From Candidatus Omnitrophota bacterium (lineage in GTDB: Bacteria > Omnitrophota > Gorgyraeia > Duberdicusellales > 4484-171): 64,000 bases of DNA. The notes beneath the pieces are model-generated. The model was not told the DNA's origin, did not search any database, and saw only the letters and a program-made list of their open reading frames with translations. The stretch is from NCBI GenBank assembly GCA_021735655.1, contig JAIPGM010000008.1, forward strand, positions 1 through 64,000. The letters run 5' to 3'. Below, piece after piece: positions 48,088 to 57,404 of this stretch (the stretch's first letter is position 1; each line of letters starts with the position of its first letter). A program made the position numbers and the translations under genes.

Positions 48088-48573
48088 CTAATTATTATTC
48101 GATATTTCAGATTGTGGGAAAGTTACTGGAATAGAAAATTTCACTCTATGGATTGATCCTGTATTTTGCTCTGAAGAACCAGTAGCTTTGCCACCAGCTT
48201 TGACTGTGTAAATTTTGGCAGTTGCATTGATTTCTGCAGAAGAATTCTGATTTTCATTAATCGTTAAAGCTACATCAAATTCTATTGCTTCCATATAGCG
48301 AAGCTTATAATCTTGTTGCTTCCTCTCTTTTAAGGTATTTCCGACAAAGCCATAAACAGGATTTATCTCTCCGCCCGTTTCTTTAGTTTTTTCTTGTGCG
48401 TTTTTGATCCCGTGAAATATTTGCGATAAGGTTTCGGAAATAAAATCTTGTAATTTCATGTTTACTCCTTTTCGTTTTTGTTTTTTGTTTCGAATGGCAA
48501 TAATAAAACTTCCTAAAAAAATAATGAAAGCACCGATTGAAATACTTATAATGATGTTACTTTTTTCCACCAT
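48088..48573 (-). CDS. Single-TM membrane protein, hypothetical
   Basis: N-terminal TM helix plus soluble domain; no motif recognised. Confidence 0.4.
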   Translation of the reverse strand: MVEKSNIIISISIGAFIIFLGSFIIAIRNKKQKRKGVNMKLQDFISETLSQIFHGIKNAQEKTKETGGEINPVYGFVGNTLKERKQQDYKLRYMEAIEFDVALTINENQNSSAEINATAKIYTVKAGGKATGSSEQNTGSIHRVKFSIPVTFPQSEISNNN

Positions 48574-48620
48574 ATTTTTTATTTATAAATTTATTTTTTC
48601 AACTAGCATTAATGAATTCA

Positions 48621-48827
48621 TTAATAAACCAATTCGTTCACCTTAACGTTAAGAACCTTAGCAATTTTCAAAAGAGTTTTAATTGTGGGGTTATCATTTT
48701 TTCCCACTTCTATTTTCGCAAGGGTAGTATGAGTGACATCAGCAAGCTTAGATAACTTATCTTGAGATAGCCCCTGTATTTTTCGTAACTTCTTTATTCT
48801 TTTCCCAATTTTTGCTGCACTTGACAT
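48621..48827 (-). CDS. XRE-family (Cro/C1-type) HTH transcriptional regulator
   Basis: LRKIQGLSQDKLSKLADVTHTTLAKIEVG... Confidence 0.75.
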   Translation of the reverse strand: MSSAAKIGKRIKKLRKIQGLSQDKLSKLADVTHTTLAKIEVGKNDNPTIKTLLKIAKVLNVKVNELVY

Positions 48828-48969
48828 TTGGTATTATATTGTTACAATTATATTCTATGGATAATACTACCTAAAACTTACTTATATTTTAGCAATTTTG
48901 ACATCTTTTGCAAGATTTTTGCATGATAATGCTTTATATAGACAACACCGCGGAAAAATTGAAAATTCG

Positions 48970-49153
48970 TTTACAAAAAATAAAAAAATTTTCCGCCGCC
49001 GCATTAAAAATATATAGATTTTTGCGAGGGAGAGGCCGCAGGGATGCCTTATCGGCCCACGTGGGCCGATAAGGAAGACAGCAGCCGAATTCATAGGCGT
49101 TAGCGAGCACCTTCGGCTGTGTAAAAGGTTCGGACTGCGTCCCCTATACACCG
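48970..49153. repeat. 184-bp structured repeat element, copy B (inverted), immediately upstream of pilin A
   Basis: See copy A; ends 58 bp before the ATG of the pilin gene at 49212. Confidence 0.8.
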
Positions 49154-49211
49154 TTTTTACATCTACCACCTACCTATTCCAAAACTAACTCAATAGTGAT
49201 ATAATCTAACT

Positions 49212-49760
49212 ATGAGAAGAGGATTTACCTTAATCGAACTAATCGTAGTCATTGCTATTATTGCTATCTTAGCAGCAATCATTGCCCCTAATGCTTTTAA
49301 GGCTATTGAGAAGGCGAAGGTCGCTAGAGCAATTTCGGATTTCAAAACAATAAAAACAGCCTCAATATCTCTTTACGCTGATACCGGAAAATGGCCTGAT
49401 ACGAATTGGGGTGATACCCGAATTAAAGATAGCGGTTTATTTATTGATAACGGAGCAAGTTGGGATGGTCCATATTTAGAGAAAAATCCTGAACCGCATC
49501 CTTGGGGAGGAAGGTATATATTTGAAAGTGAAGATGACTGGGCTAAAAGTCCCACAGAGCCTGCTAATGGAATTGATGAATCGCTTATTGATTTTGAAGA
49601 TTACTGTATTTCTGGATCTGCAACAGGCTGTCCTGTTCCAGATAGCGCAGCAAAGAGAATTGATGAAGCAGTAGACGACGGGAATACTTCCTGGGGCGAA
49701 TTTCGCCACGGTGGCGATACCTTGTGGCTTTTAGTCTGGGATGCTTTTGAGCAACCATAG
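49212..49760 (+). CDS. Type IV pilin / T2SS GspG-like pseudopilin (paralog A)
   Basis: Prepilin N-terminus MRRG|FTLIELIVVIAIIAILAAIIAPNAF with Glu+5; WDGPY, PWGG and DDG motifs as in GspG-type pilins. Confidence 0.7.
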   Translation: MRRGFTLIELIVVIAIIAILAAIIAPNAFKAIEKAKVARAISDFKTIKTASISLYADTGKWPDTNWGDTRIKDSGLFIDNGASWDGPYLEKNPEPHPWGGRYIFESEDDWAKSPTEPANGIDESLIDFEDYCISGSATGCPVPDSAAKRIDEAVDDGNTSWGEFRHGGDTLWLLVWDAFEQP

Positions 49761-49930
49761 TTTTTATTGAAGATTATTTGAATAGCGCTAATTAATTCTA
49801 TCTATAAATCAATTCAGCTGACCACTAATCCCCACCAACCCATTTTTCCCTTGTGCCCAAATTGTGCCTGTTTCGATTCAAGTCCTTGCAATTACTTGCC
49901 TTTGAACCTTTAGTTTGTTAAACTATTTAC

Positions 49931-51313
49931 ATGCGAAAAGTATTATTCCTACTTGCTTTATTGTTAGTATTTTCCCAGCTAGCCTATTCTGAAATCATTA
50001 CTTTAAAAAATGGTAAGACCATTGATGCTCCTATCTTAGAGAGGGCAGAGGAGTATATTAAGGTTAACATTGGAGGTGTTGGGGTTAAGTATTATATGGA
50101 TGAAATAGACAGCGTCGGAAAGGATAAAAGTTTATTTAAAAATAATTATTCAAAAAAAACACCTTCTGAAATTTATAATGAAAACGCAAGTGCTGTAGTA
50201 ATGGTCGGCGCTAAAGGTTTTTTTGACACAGGGTTTAGTATTGGCGTCGGTTCAGTAATTAGTCAGGATGGCTTAGTTGTTACAAATTATCATGTATTAG
50301 GTGATTCTAATGATGTATCGATCGCCTTTGATAATGGTTCAATTTCTAAAGCAATATCTGTGGCAACTTTTGACCCAATACGTGATTTCTGCATTTTAAA
50401 AGTTAAAGGCAGTGATTTGCAGGGTGTTGAACTTGGAGATAGCGATAATCTTAAGAAGGGTGAAGCCTTAACCGTCATAACTATTGACAGTAATGATAAG
50501 CATAAAATAATGACAGGAAAGTATCTTTATCAACTAGTTGACTTAGGTAGTCGTTATTTAATGGCCGAAATTCCAACTGGCGAAGAAGGAAATAGCGGTT
50601 CACCAGTTTTTAATGAATGCGGAAAGGTTATCGGAATTTACACAAGAGGAGATCCGGAATCAAATTTAGCAAGTATTATACCTATAAATGACATAAAAGA
50701 ATATTTAAATGTGGATAAAAATTTAACTATGCATGAATTTAAGAACCTTTCGGATCAAGCTGTAGTCCTATCAACTAAAGGAAAAGTTTTTATGTTGAGA
50801 GGGGAATACCAAAAGGCCTTGGATTATTTTTATCAGGCCTTAAGTATAAATCCAGAGTGTTCATTGGCAAGTTTGGTTCTTGCTCAAGTTTACATTAAAA
50901 TGCATGAATTTTATAAAGCAGCTAATGAAATAAACAAAATTATACAAAGGTTTCCTGATGAAGTGCACCATTATATGACAATTGCTGAAATTTATAGAAA
51001 AAATTTTATGTGGGATGATTTTTTGATAGCCGTTAACAAAGCTATAGAAGTTGATCCTAGGTATAGTGATGCATATGCAGAGCTTAGTCTGTATTATTAT
51101 ATAGTGGGAAAGAGTATTGATAGGGCAATTGTTGAGGCTAAAAAGTGTATAAGTTTTAAACCAAGCAATTGCACCGCTCTTACTATTTTAATAGAAATTT
51201 ATGGGCAAAAAAATGATTGCGTTTTAGTAAAAAAATACCGAAAACAAATGGAAGATTACGGGTGTGAGATTACTAAAGAAGAAACTATTCAGGCGATTCA
51301 GAGCTGTCGATAG
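49931..51313 (+). CDS. Secreted trypsin-like (S1/Trypsin_2) serine protease with C-terminal TPR repeats
   Basis: Signal peptide; TNYHVL (His), D, GNSGSPVF (Ser) catalytic motifs; about 5 TPR-like repeats after residue 270. Confidence 0.65.
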   Translation: MRKVLFLLALLLVFSQLAYSEIITLKNGKTIDAPILERAEEYIKVNIGGVGVKYYMDEIDSVGKDKSLFKNNYSKKTPSEIYNENASAVVMVGAKGFFDTGFSIGVGSVISQDGLVVTNYHVLGDSNDVSIAFDNGSISKAISVATFDPIRDFCILKVKGSDLQGVELGDSDNLKKGEALTVITIDSNDKHKIMTGKYLYQLVDLGSRYLMAEIPTGEEGNSGSPVFNECGKVIGIYTRGDPESNLASIIPINDIKEYLNVDKNLTMHEFKNLSDQAVVLSTKGKVFMLRGEYQKALDYFYQALSINPECSLASLVLAQVYIKMHEFYKAANEINKIIQRFPDEVHHYMTIAEIYRKNFMWDDFLIAVNKAIEVDPRYSDAYAELSLYYYIVGKSIDRAIVEAKKCISFKPSNCTALTILIEIYGQKNDCVLVKKYRKQMEDYGCEITKEETIQAIQSCR

Positions 51314-51529
51314 GTATTTATTATGTGTGCCCCAATCGTGCCCATCTAAAGCGAAACCACAGGATAATAGACGAAAGCAGAAGATAACAGGTAGAATCAT
51401 TTTTTTCCTAAAACTCACCGTCAACACTGCATAATCATTGATAAATAAAGAGTATTTAAATTACATCTAATAGAATCCCTGCTTTTTTGTTTTATATCTA
51501 CCATCTACCCTATTCCAAAATTATTCCAA

Positions 51530-52189
51530 GTGTGGTACAATCTAACCGTTGCAATAGAATTAGAATATAATTTAAAAATGTTTAAGAGTATTGTTAAAGA
51601 GTTAAGGCATCATGCTCCGTTTACTTTTTTAGGAGCTTTCTTGGGAATCGTTTTTATGTTTTTATTTCGTAATATTTCTCAGGAAGCTTCACATGATCTT
51701 TTTTATGTTTTTCACCCCCTACATGTATTATTAAGTGCTTTAGCTACAGCTTCAATGTATAAATTACATACTTGCCCCAAAGGTAAAGGCCCTTGCAATT
51801 TACCACTTTTGCTTGTAGTTGGTTATTTCGGTGCCATTGGCGTTGCCACTTTCAGTGATTCATTAATGCCTTATTTTGGGGAATTTTTACTGAAAATGCC
51901 TTATCGAGAAATGCATATAGGTTTTGTTGAGAAATGGTGGTTAGTGTCAGCGGTAGCAATAGTCGGTGTTATTATCGCTTGTTTTAATCCTTCGACAAAG
52001 TTTCCTCATGCGGCCCATGTATTGATTAGTACTTGGGCATCTTTGTTCCATATTATGATGGCTTCTGGCGGGAGTATTAGCTGGGTGGTGTATATTGGGA
52101 TATTTTTGTTTTTATTCCTTGCGGTGTGGCTTCCGTGTTGCATTAGTGATATCGTTTTCCCGCTTTTATTTGTAAAAAGAAAAACATAG
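51530..52189 (+). CDS. Polytopic membrane protein, hypothetical
   Basis: 5-6 TM helices; no recognised motif. Confidence 0.4.
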   Translation: MWYNLTVAIELEYNLKMFKSIVKELRHHAPFTFLGAFLGIVFMFLFRNISQEASHDLFYVFHPLHVLLSALATASMYKLHTCPKGKGPCNLPLLLVVGYFGAIGVATFSDSLMPYFGEFLLKMPYREMHIGFVEKWWLVSAVAIVGVIIACFNPSTKFPHAAHVLISTWASLFHIMMASGGSISWVVYIGIFLFLFLAVWLPCCISDIVFPLLFVKRKT

Positions 52190-52345
52190 CTCTTTCCCGT
52201 AAATAATTTCTATAATTAGTCAAGAAAAATCTTATAAATTTTGTAAATTTATAATTAAAAAAGTTTGCAAAGTTAGATTAATATTGTTAAAATATTCGAT
52301 CTTACGGAATTTATAAATTATTTTTTTAAAAAAAAGGGGGCCACG

Positions 52346-52858
52346 ATGAAAGATAGCTATCCATATTTCAGGGATCCGCGAGCTTTGGAAGAAATCAGAA
52401 AACATAAATGGATTGAAAGCCAAAAACAGAATCAGGAAGTCAGCTTTGCCACAGCTGCCTTAGATTGGATTAACAACTATGGTGCTCAGTGGAAAGAAAT
52501 TCATGCTGACGAGAGTAAGGATAATCGTATTTTTATTGAACAGAGGAAGTATCGCCGGTTCAGGTTAACTCAGCTTATTAAATTGGTGAAAGATAATATT
52601 ACTTTTTTAGCCGAAGGCATTAATATTAGTTTTTTTGGTTTGACTTGCCGGGCTAGAAAATTCTTACCGGTAGGTAGTGTGATGGATGTTTATGTGCCGA
52701 TTGAGCAGAAAAGCGGAGAAAAGATTATCTGCAGAGGCACAGTAGAGAGGGCTATCCAAGTTAAATTGGAAAATTATGAGGTATTTTTAAAGTTTGGTCC
52801 AGATTGTCAGAGGCAGATAGAAAATTGCGAATATTTTAGGGGCCAAGCGGCGGCATAA
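52346..52858 (+). CDS. PilZ-domain protein with N-terminal helical domain
   Basis: RKYRRFR (RxxxR) and NISFFG (NxSxxG) in the C-terminal half. Confidence 0.5.
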   Translation: MKDSYPYFRDPRALEEIRKHKWIESQKQNQEVSFATAALDWINNYGAQWKEIHADESKDNRIFIEQRKYRRFRLTQLIKLVKDNITFLAEGINISFFGLTCRARKFLPVGSVMDVYVPIEQKSGEKIICRGTVERAIQVKLENYEVFLKFGPDCQRQIENCEYFRGQAAA

Positions 52859-52926
52859 TAAAAAAAAGAAATTTCTTTTTTTTATTTTATTCGAAGCGGC
52901 ATTTTACTTGTAAAGTAAACCCTGTC

Positions 52927-54489
52927 GTGTTAAAATTTACCATCATGAAAGGCATTCTTTATTGTCGAGATATTTCTTCAAATAAATCAAAATCGCTCTT
53001 CTTTCCCCACAAAACCACCACTAAATTACAAGATGTCTATGCTTCTGACTGTCCTTTGGTCATTTTTGACGAAAAATTTATCAAAAAAAGTAAAAAGTTA
53101 GATAATTCGCGCCTTAAAAGTAAGGTTTGTTTTGTGCATTTTACCCAAGAGCATAAGGATAATTTAAAAATAGTTAAACAGCTTGGTTTTTTTGATTACT
53201 TTAGTGATCAAGATTCAAAGAGTTTTGTTTCTTTCAAGTTTCTAAGGGCCGAGAAGCTAATTAAACTTAATCGAAAGGTGTATAGCCTAGAGAAACAAGT
53301 TAATAAAAAAGATGCTGAAATCGAAAACATCACTTTGATCGATCCGATAACCGGGTGTTATAACTGGCGGTATCTTTCAAACCGGATAACTCAGGAAATT
53401 AATCGAGCTCGTCGACATTTCTACAGCATTTCTTTTATTGCTGTCGATATTGATCATTTTACCAGGATCAATGAACTCTATGGCGTAAAAGTAGCCGATA
53501 CGATTATTAAGGAATTTGTCGGTATTTTAGGCAAAGCATTGCGGACTGAGGACATTCTGGCCCGCTGGCGAGAGGATGAGTTTTTTATTATTGCGCCTCA
53601 CTTAGAAGCCAAAGATAGCTATATGGTTGCTAAAAGAATAGGCGAGAAAATTAGCACACATAAGTTTAAATATCATAAAGTTGCGATATGTCTAAAGGCT
53701 AGTTTAGGCGTTACCACTTCTCCTGAAGATCATATCTTTAGTGTTCGCGATATTGTTAATACTTTGAATGGTTGTTTAGCTTCGGCTAAACGGAAGGGGG
53801 GCAACACGATTGTTTTATATTCTCAGGCAGATACTACCTTGGCGCCGGAAAAGCACAAGAAGGCTAATACGTCTGAATTACAGGGTAAAATAGACAAGAT
53901 GAACAAGGTGATGAATCGAGATTTGCTTGATACTATTTATGGGTTTGCTAGGACAATCGAGGCAAAAGATTCTTACACCGGAAAACATGTAGAATATACT
54001 GCTGGTTTGGCCGAAGAAGTTGCAAAAGCCTTACGGTTATCAACCAAAGAAGTGGAAGATGTTAGGCATGCTGCGGTTTTGCATGATTTAGGAAAGATTG
54101 CTATCGATAAAAGCATTCTTTCTAAAGCAGGTAGCCTTAGTCCCGAAGAAAGGGAGTCGATTAGGACTCATCCGGCTATTGCTGCAGAGATTTTACGCGA
54201 GATACATGGTCTCAGAGGGGCTATCCCGGCGATTCTTTATCATCATGAGCGTTATGATGGAAAGGGCTATCCTTTGGGGTTAAAGGGCGATGATATACCT
54301 TTAAATGCTCGGATAGTTGCCGTTGCTGATGTCTATCAGGCGCTTATCTCTGATCGGCCGTATCGTAAAGCTTATGTTAAGAAAAAGGCTTTAGAGATTA
54401 TTAAATCAGAGGCTGGCAAACAGTTTGATCCTAAAATAGTAAGAATGTTTTTACGAATTATCAAGAGGATCGATGCGCAAGAAAGATGA
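52927..54489 (+). CDS. Degenerate GGDEF domain + HD-GYP phosphodiesterase
   Basis: GGDEF fold with RWREDEFFI in place of GG(D/E)EF; HD motif LHDLGKIAI; HHERYDGKGYPLGL HD-GYP signature. Confidence 0.7.
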   Translation: MLKFTIMKGILYCRDISSNKSKSLFFPHKTTTKLQDVYASDCPLVIFDEKFIKKSKKLDNSRLKSKVCFVHFTQEHKDNLKIVKQLGFFDYFSDQDSKSFVSFKFLRAEKLIKLNRKVYSLEKQVNKKDAEIENITLIDPITGCYNWRYLSNRITQEINRARRHFYSISFIAVDIDHFTRINELYGVKVADTIIKEFVGILGKALRTEDILARWREDEFFIIAPHLEAKDSYMVAKRIGEKISTHKFKYHKVAICLKASLGVTTSPEDHIFSVRDIVNTLNGCLASAKRKGGNTIVLYSQADTTLAPEKHKKANTSELQGKIDKMNKVMNRDLLDTIYGFARTIEAKDSYTGKHVEYTAGLAEEVAKALRLSTKEVEDVRHAAVLHDLGKIAIDKSILSKAGSLSPEERESIRTHPAIAAEILREIHGLRGAIPAILYHHERYDGKGYPLGLKGDDIPLNARIVAVADVYQALISDRPYRKAYVKKKALEIIKSEAGKQFDPKIVRMFLRIIKRIDAQER

Positions 54490-54931
54490 AGCCTACATGT
54501 ATGAAGCTCTCAAACAGGCTCACTATGCATTTGATGAAGATGAGGTGCCGGTGGGGGCAGTTATTGTTTGTAACGATAGAATAATCGCTAGAAGCTACAA
54601 CCAGGTCGAAAAATTAAAAGATCCTACCGCTCATGCTGAGATGATTGCTATTACTCAAGCGGCAAGTTTTTTAAAATCAAAGTGGCTTAAAAAATGTTCT
54701 TTGTATGTTACGATAGAGCCGTGTTCGATGTGTGCCGGAGCCTTAGTCTTAAGTCGCATCGATAAGGTTGTTTTTGGCGCAAAAGATCCAAAGACTGGAG
54801 CTTTCGGGTCAAAGCTAGATGTAAATGCCTTAAGTCTTAATCATAAGTTAAAAGTTAAAAATGGTATTTTGGAGAATGAATGTGCCATGATTTTACAGGA
54901 TTTTTTTAAAATTAAGAGGGAGACAAAATGA
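54473..54931 (+). CDS. tadA: tRNA-specific adenosine deaminase
   Basis: HAEMIAI and PCSMCAGAL zinc-binding deaminase motifs, ~150 aa. Confidence 0.85.
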   Translation: MRKKDEAYMYEALKQAHYAFDEDEVPVGAVIVCNDRIIARSYNQVEKLKDPTAHAEMIAITQAASFLKSKWLKKCSLYVTIEPCSMCAGALVLSRIDKVVFGAKDPKTGAFGSKLDVNALSLNHKLKVKNGILENECAMILQDFFKIKRETK

Positions 54932-55587
54932 GTATGAAGAGCCTTAGGGTAATTTTTATTACTATCGTAGTTTTTGTTTTTTCTTTAGAATATGCTCAAG
55001 CTCGTAACCGTCAGGGTGGCGGTAGCTCATCAGGCTCAGGTTATACTCCAAGAACTCGCACCAAGGTGAGTTCTCAGTCGTCACAAAAGAATAGCAATAA
55101 AGATAAGAGCAAAAGTGTTAATAAAGAAGAGGGGAGTGAATCTTTGAAGTGGGGAAAGTCAGATGATTCGATAAAGGTAAAGTCAAATCCTCAGCAGAAG
55201 GAAAATATACTAAAGCTTAAAGAAGATGCAAAAGCGATTAAAGATAAATCAAATATAACCCAAGATCAGAAGGATAAAATAAAGTCTGATTTTTCAGCTA
55301 TTATGGATGGCGCACAAAAACCCAGCGAGGAATCAGTTAATAATCTGGTTGGTGATCTTACCAGGGCAGCAGAAGACGGTAAGCTAGGCCCAAAGGAGGC
55401 TATGAAAATTTCTGAAAGTGTTTCTGGGGTTTTAGAGAGTGCAAATATATCTGAAGAAGAAGTTTGGGCGCTTAAAAAAGATGTTGAGGCTGTTGCTGAG
55501 GCCTCTAACCTTAATCAGCAAGACACAGACTTAATAATAGCTGACGTTGAGGCTATCATTGATACAGCTAGAGCTAATAGTAAGTAG
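54928..55587 (+). CDS. Secreted low-complexity (S/K/D/E-rich) hypothetical protein
   Basis: Signal peptide; internal imperfect repeats. Confidence 0.4.
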   Translation: MSMKSLRVIFITIVVFVFSLEYAQARNRQGGGSSSGSGYTPRTRTKVSSQSSQKNSNKDKSKSVNKEEGSESLKWGKSDDSIKVKSNPQQKENILKLKEDAKAIKDKSNITQDQKDKIKSDFSAIMDGAQKPSEESVNNLVGDLTRAAEDGKLGPKEAMKISESVSGVLESANISEEEVWALKKDVEAVAEASNLNQQDTDLIIADVEAIIDTARANSK

Positions 55588-55606
55588 TAAGTGTATGAGG
55601 TACCCT

Positions 55607-56176
55607 ATGAAAAAATCATTTACCCTAATCGAACTAATTGTAGTTATTGCAATCATTGCCATTCTTGCCGCAATCATCGCCCCAAATGCTTTTAAAGCTG
55701 TTGAGAAGGCGAAGATTTCTGAAGCAATAGCCGATGTTAAAACTTACAAAACTGCCATTGGTACCTTATATGCTGATACCGGACATTGGGTAGTAGAAGG
55801 CGCTGTTCCTCCCCTAGGTGACATTATCTATCCAGATTCTGCTAATAATGATTTAATAACTAATCTTAATGGTTATTTTGGTTGGGATGGACCTTATGTT
55901 CAAAAGATTAAAGCCAAAAATCCCTGGAAGGGTTGGTATGTTTTTCAATCTAATGATGTCGCAAGAGGTTTACAATCAGAAATTTGGCTTGATTTTGAAG
56001 ATGCTTGTTATCCGCTAGAGGGTAGTGTCAGCCTTGATTGCCCTATACCGGATAAAGCCAAAAATAAAATAGATGCTACCATTGACGATGGAGATCCCTC
56101 GGACGGAAATGTACAAGAAGGACTAGGAGGGTCAGCCGGTGATTTTTCTTGGTTTTTAGTTTGGGATGCATACTAA
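55607..56176 (+). CDS. Type IV pilin / GspG-like pseudopilin (paralog B)
   Basis: MKKS|FTLIELIVVIAIIAILAAIIAPNAF (Ser at -1), GWDGPY, NPWKGWY, KIDATIDDG; start placed at the internal Met of track ORF 55547. Confidence 0.7.
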   Translation: MKKSFTLIELIVVIAIIAILAAIIAPNAFKAVEKAKISEAIADVKTYKTAIGTLYADTGHWVVEGAVPPLGDIIYPDSANNDLITNLNGYFGWDGPYVQKIKAKNPWKGWYVFQSNDVARGLQSEIWLDFEDACYPLEGSVSLDCPIPDKAKNKIDATIDDGDPSDGNVQEGLGGSAGDFSWFLVWDAY

Positions 56177-56224
56177 GTTGTAACTACCTAACGGTTAATC
56201 TACTTTCTAACCTCTTTGCGAAAT

Positions 56225-56510
56225 TTATCAAAAATGCTATGATTAAAAATCATTAATAGAGGGGGGTGCCGAGCTCGGTTTAAGGCGGCGGTTTGCTAAA
56301 CCTTTTCGACTCTTTTTCAATAAACTTAATCCTTTTTCAATTTATCCTCTAAAATATTAACTTTTCATACTTATTGCTGTTTGTAGGAATTTTGTATGCT
56401 TATATCTGTTTGACTATTTTTTGGACACCGACCCCCATCCCTTCCAATTTGGTCGCAGATATAGTTATAAGGACTGTTTTTGGTGCCTGAATTAGATTTT
56501 GGGAAGCCCG
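56225..56510 (+). repeat. ~290-bp direct repeat unit R1: tRNA-type promoter + 5' fragment of tRNA-Ser(GCU) + conserved leader
   Basis: Shares TATGATT -10, the first ~44 nt of the tRNA at 58750 (gaggggggtgccgagctcggtttaaggcggcggtttgctaaacc) and ~200 bp of downstream sequence with R2. Confidence 0.75.
56259..56302 (+). pseudogene. Truncated tRNA-Ser(GCU) 5' fragment (acceptor to anticodon arm only)
   Basis: Near-identical to 58750..58793 but diverges after the anticodon stem; no T-arm or CCA. Confidence 0.7.
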
Positions 56511-56595
56511 TTCTGAAACCGTTTTTACAAAGAGGCATTTTTGCTGTTATAGTGGTCCTTTTTAGGTGTTATACTTTAATGATAGGTTTAATTGT

Positions 56596-57297
56596 ATGAA
56601 GAAAAATATTTTTTCCTTAATAATTTACCTTTGTTTGTCTTTGGCTTCGGTAACGGTTTATGCTGGTCCTTTTGAGAAATTGACTAGTAGTGGAAGACCA
56701 TCCGTTAACTCAGGCCAAAATAAGTCAACTCAAGCATCACATCCACCTGCCAGAAGTAATCGTTTACTTGAAAGGAGTTCAACAAAAGCACAAAGTCCAA
56801 AAACAGCAATTAAGGTAAAAGGAGGCTTGGGGGGTTCTAGTTTTAGGCATACAGTTCAGGAAGGGCTTAATAAAGTATCTAAAGTGCATCCGGAATTGCT
56901 CGATGCGAAGGGTGTTGTCATACTTCGTGAGAAACTAGAGCCTGGCGAAGCTATGCGGGCCTATACTGCGGAGAATTTAATAGCTGTGTCACCCCGAACC
57001 GCTTCGGAAGATAATAAGTACCTTTTTGCTGCAGCTTTGGGGCATGAGTTAGATCACGTATTAAATCCTCAAAAAGGTGAGGTTTTAGATCAACAGGGAC
57101 GCATAAAACTGAAAGTGGCGGTAGCTATGGAAAAACGAGCTATCGGCAAGGAAATAGATATTCTTTCTGCGTACTTAGAAGTAGCCAGTAAAAAAGACCG
57201 TGAGATAATGCAACTGCGGATAAATTTCCTGAAAGCTGCGGATGGGACGCATAATAAGGAAAGGTATGAAAGGCTTGGCATTCCTTTTGTCGATTAG
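56596..57297 (+). CDS. Secreted protein with HExxH (GHELDH) zinc-metallopeptidase-like motif
   Basis: Signal peptide from the internal Met (MKKNIFS..VYA); HELDH motif; otherwise unrecognised. Confidence 0.4.
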   Translation: MKKNIFSLIIYLCLSLASVTVYAGPFEKLTSSGRPSVNSGQNKSTQASHPPARSNRLLERSSTKAQSPKTAIKVKGGLGGSSFRHTVQEGLNKVSKVHPELLDAKGVVILREKLEPGEAMRAYTAENLIAVSPRTASEDNKYLFAAALGHELDHVLNPQKGEVLDQQGRIKLKVAVAMEKRAIGKEIDILSAYLEVASKKDREIMQLRINFLKAADGTHNKERYERLGIPFVD

Positions 57298-57404
57298 CGG
57301 TAATGTAAAATAAGTCTGACTTTATTTTTTTCTGACCCTCATCCCAATTGACACATTTTTCTTATTCGACCAATTCCTATCAAAGTAGTATCTATTTTCT
57401 TTTC

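Larger units (their letters stand above)
40585..49153. mobile_element. Putative tRNA-Ser-associated genomic island (recombinase module + inverted-repeat-flanked cargo)
   Basis: Recombinase overlapping a tRNA, strand switch to the - strand, cargo of nuclease/HEPN/XRE-type genes, repeat pairs; outer boundaries not defined by direct repeats. Confidence 0.4.
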
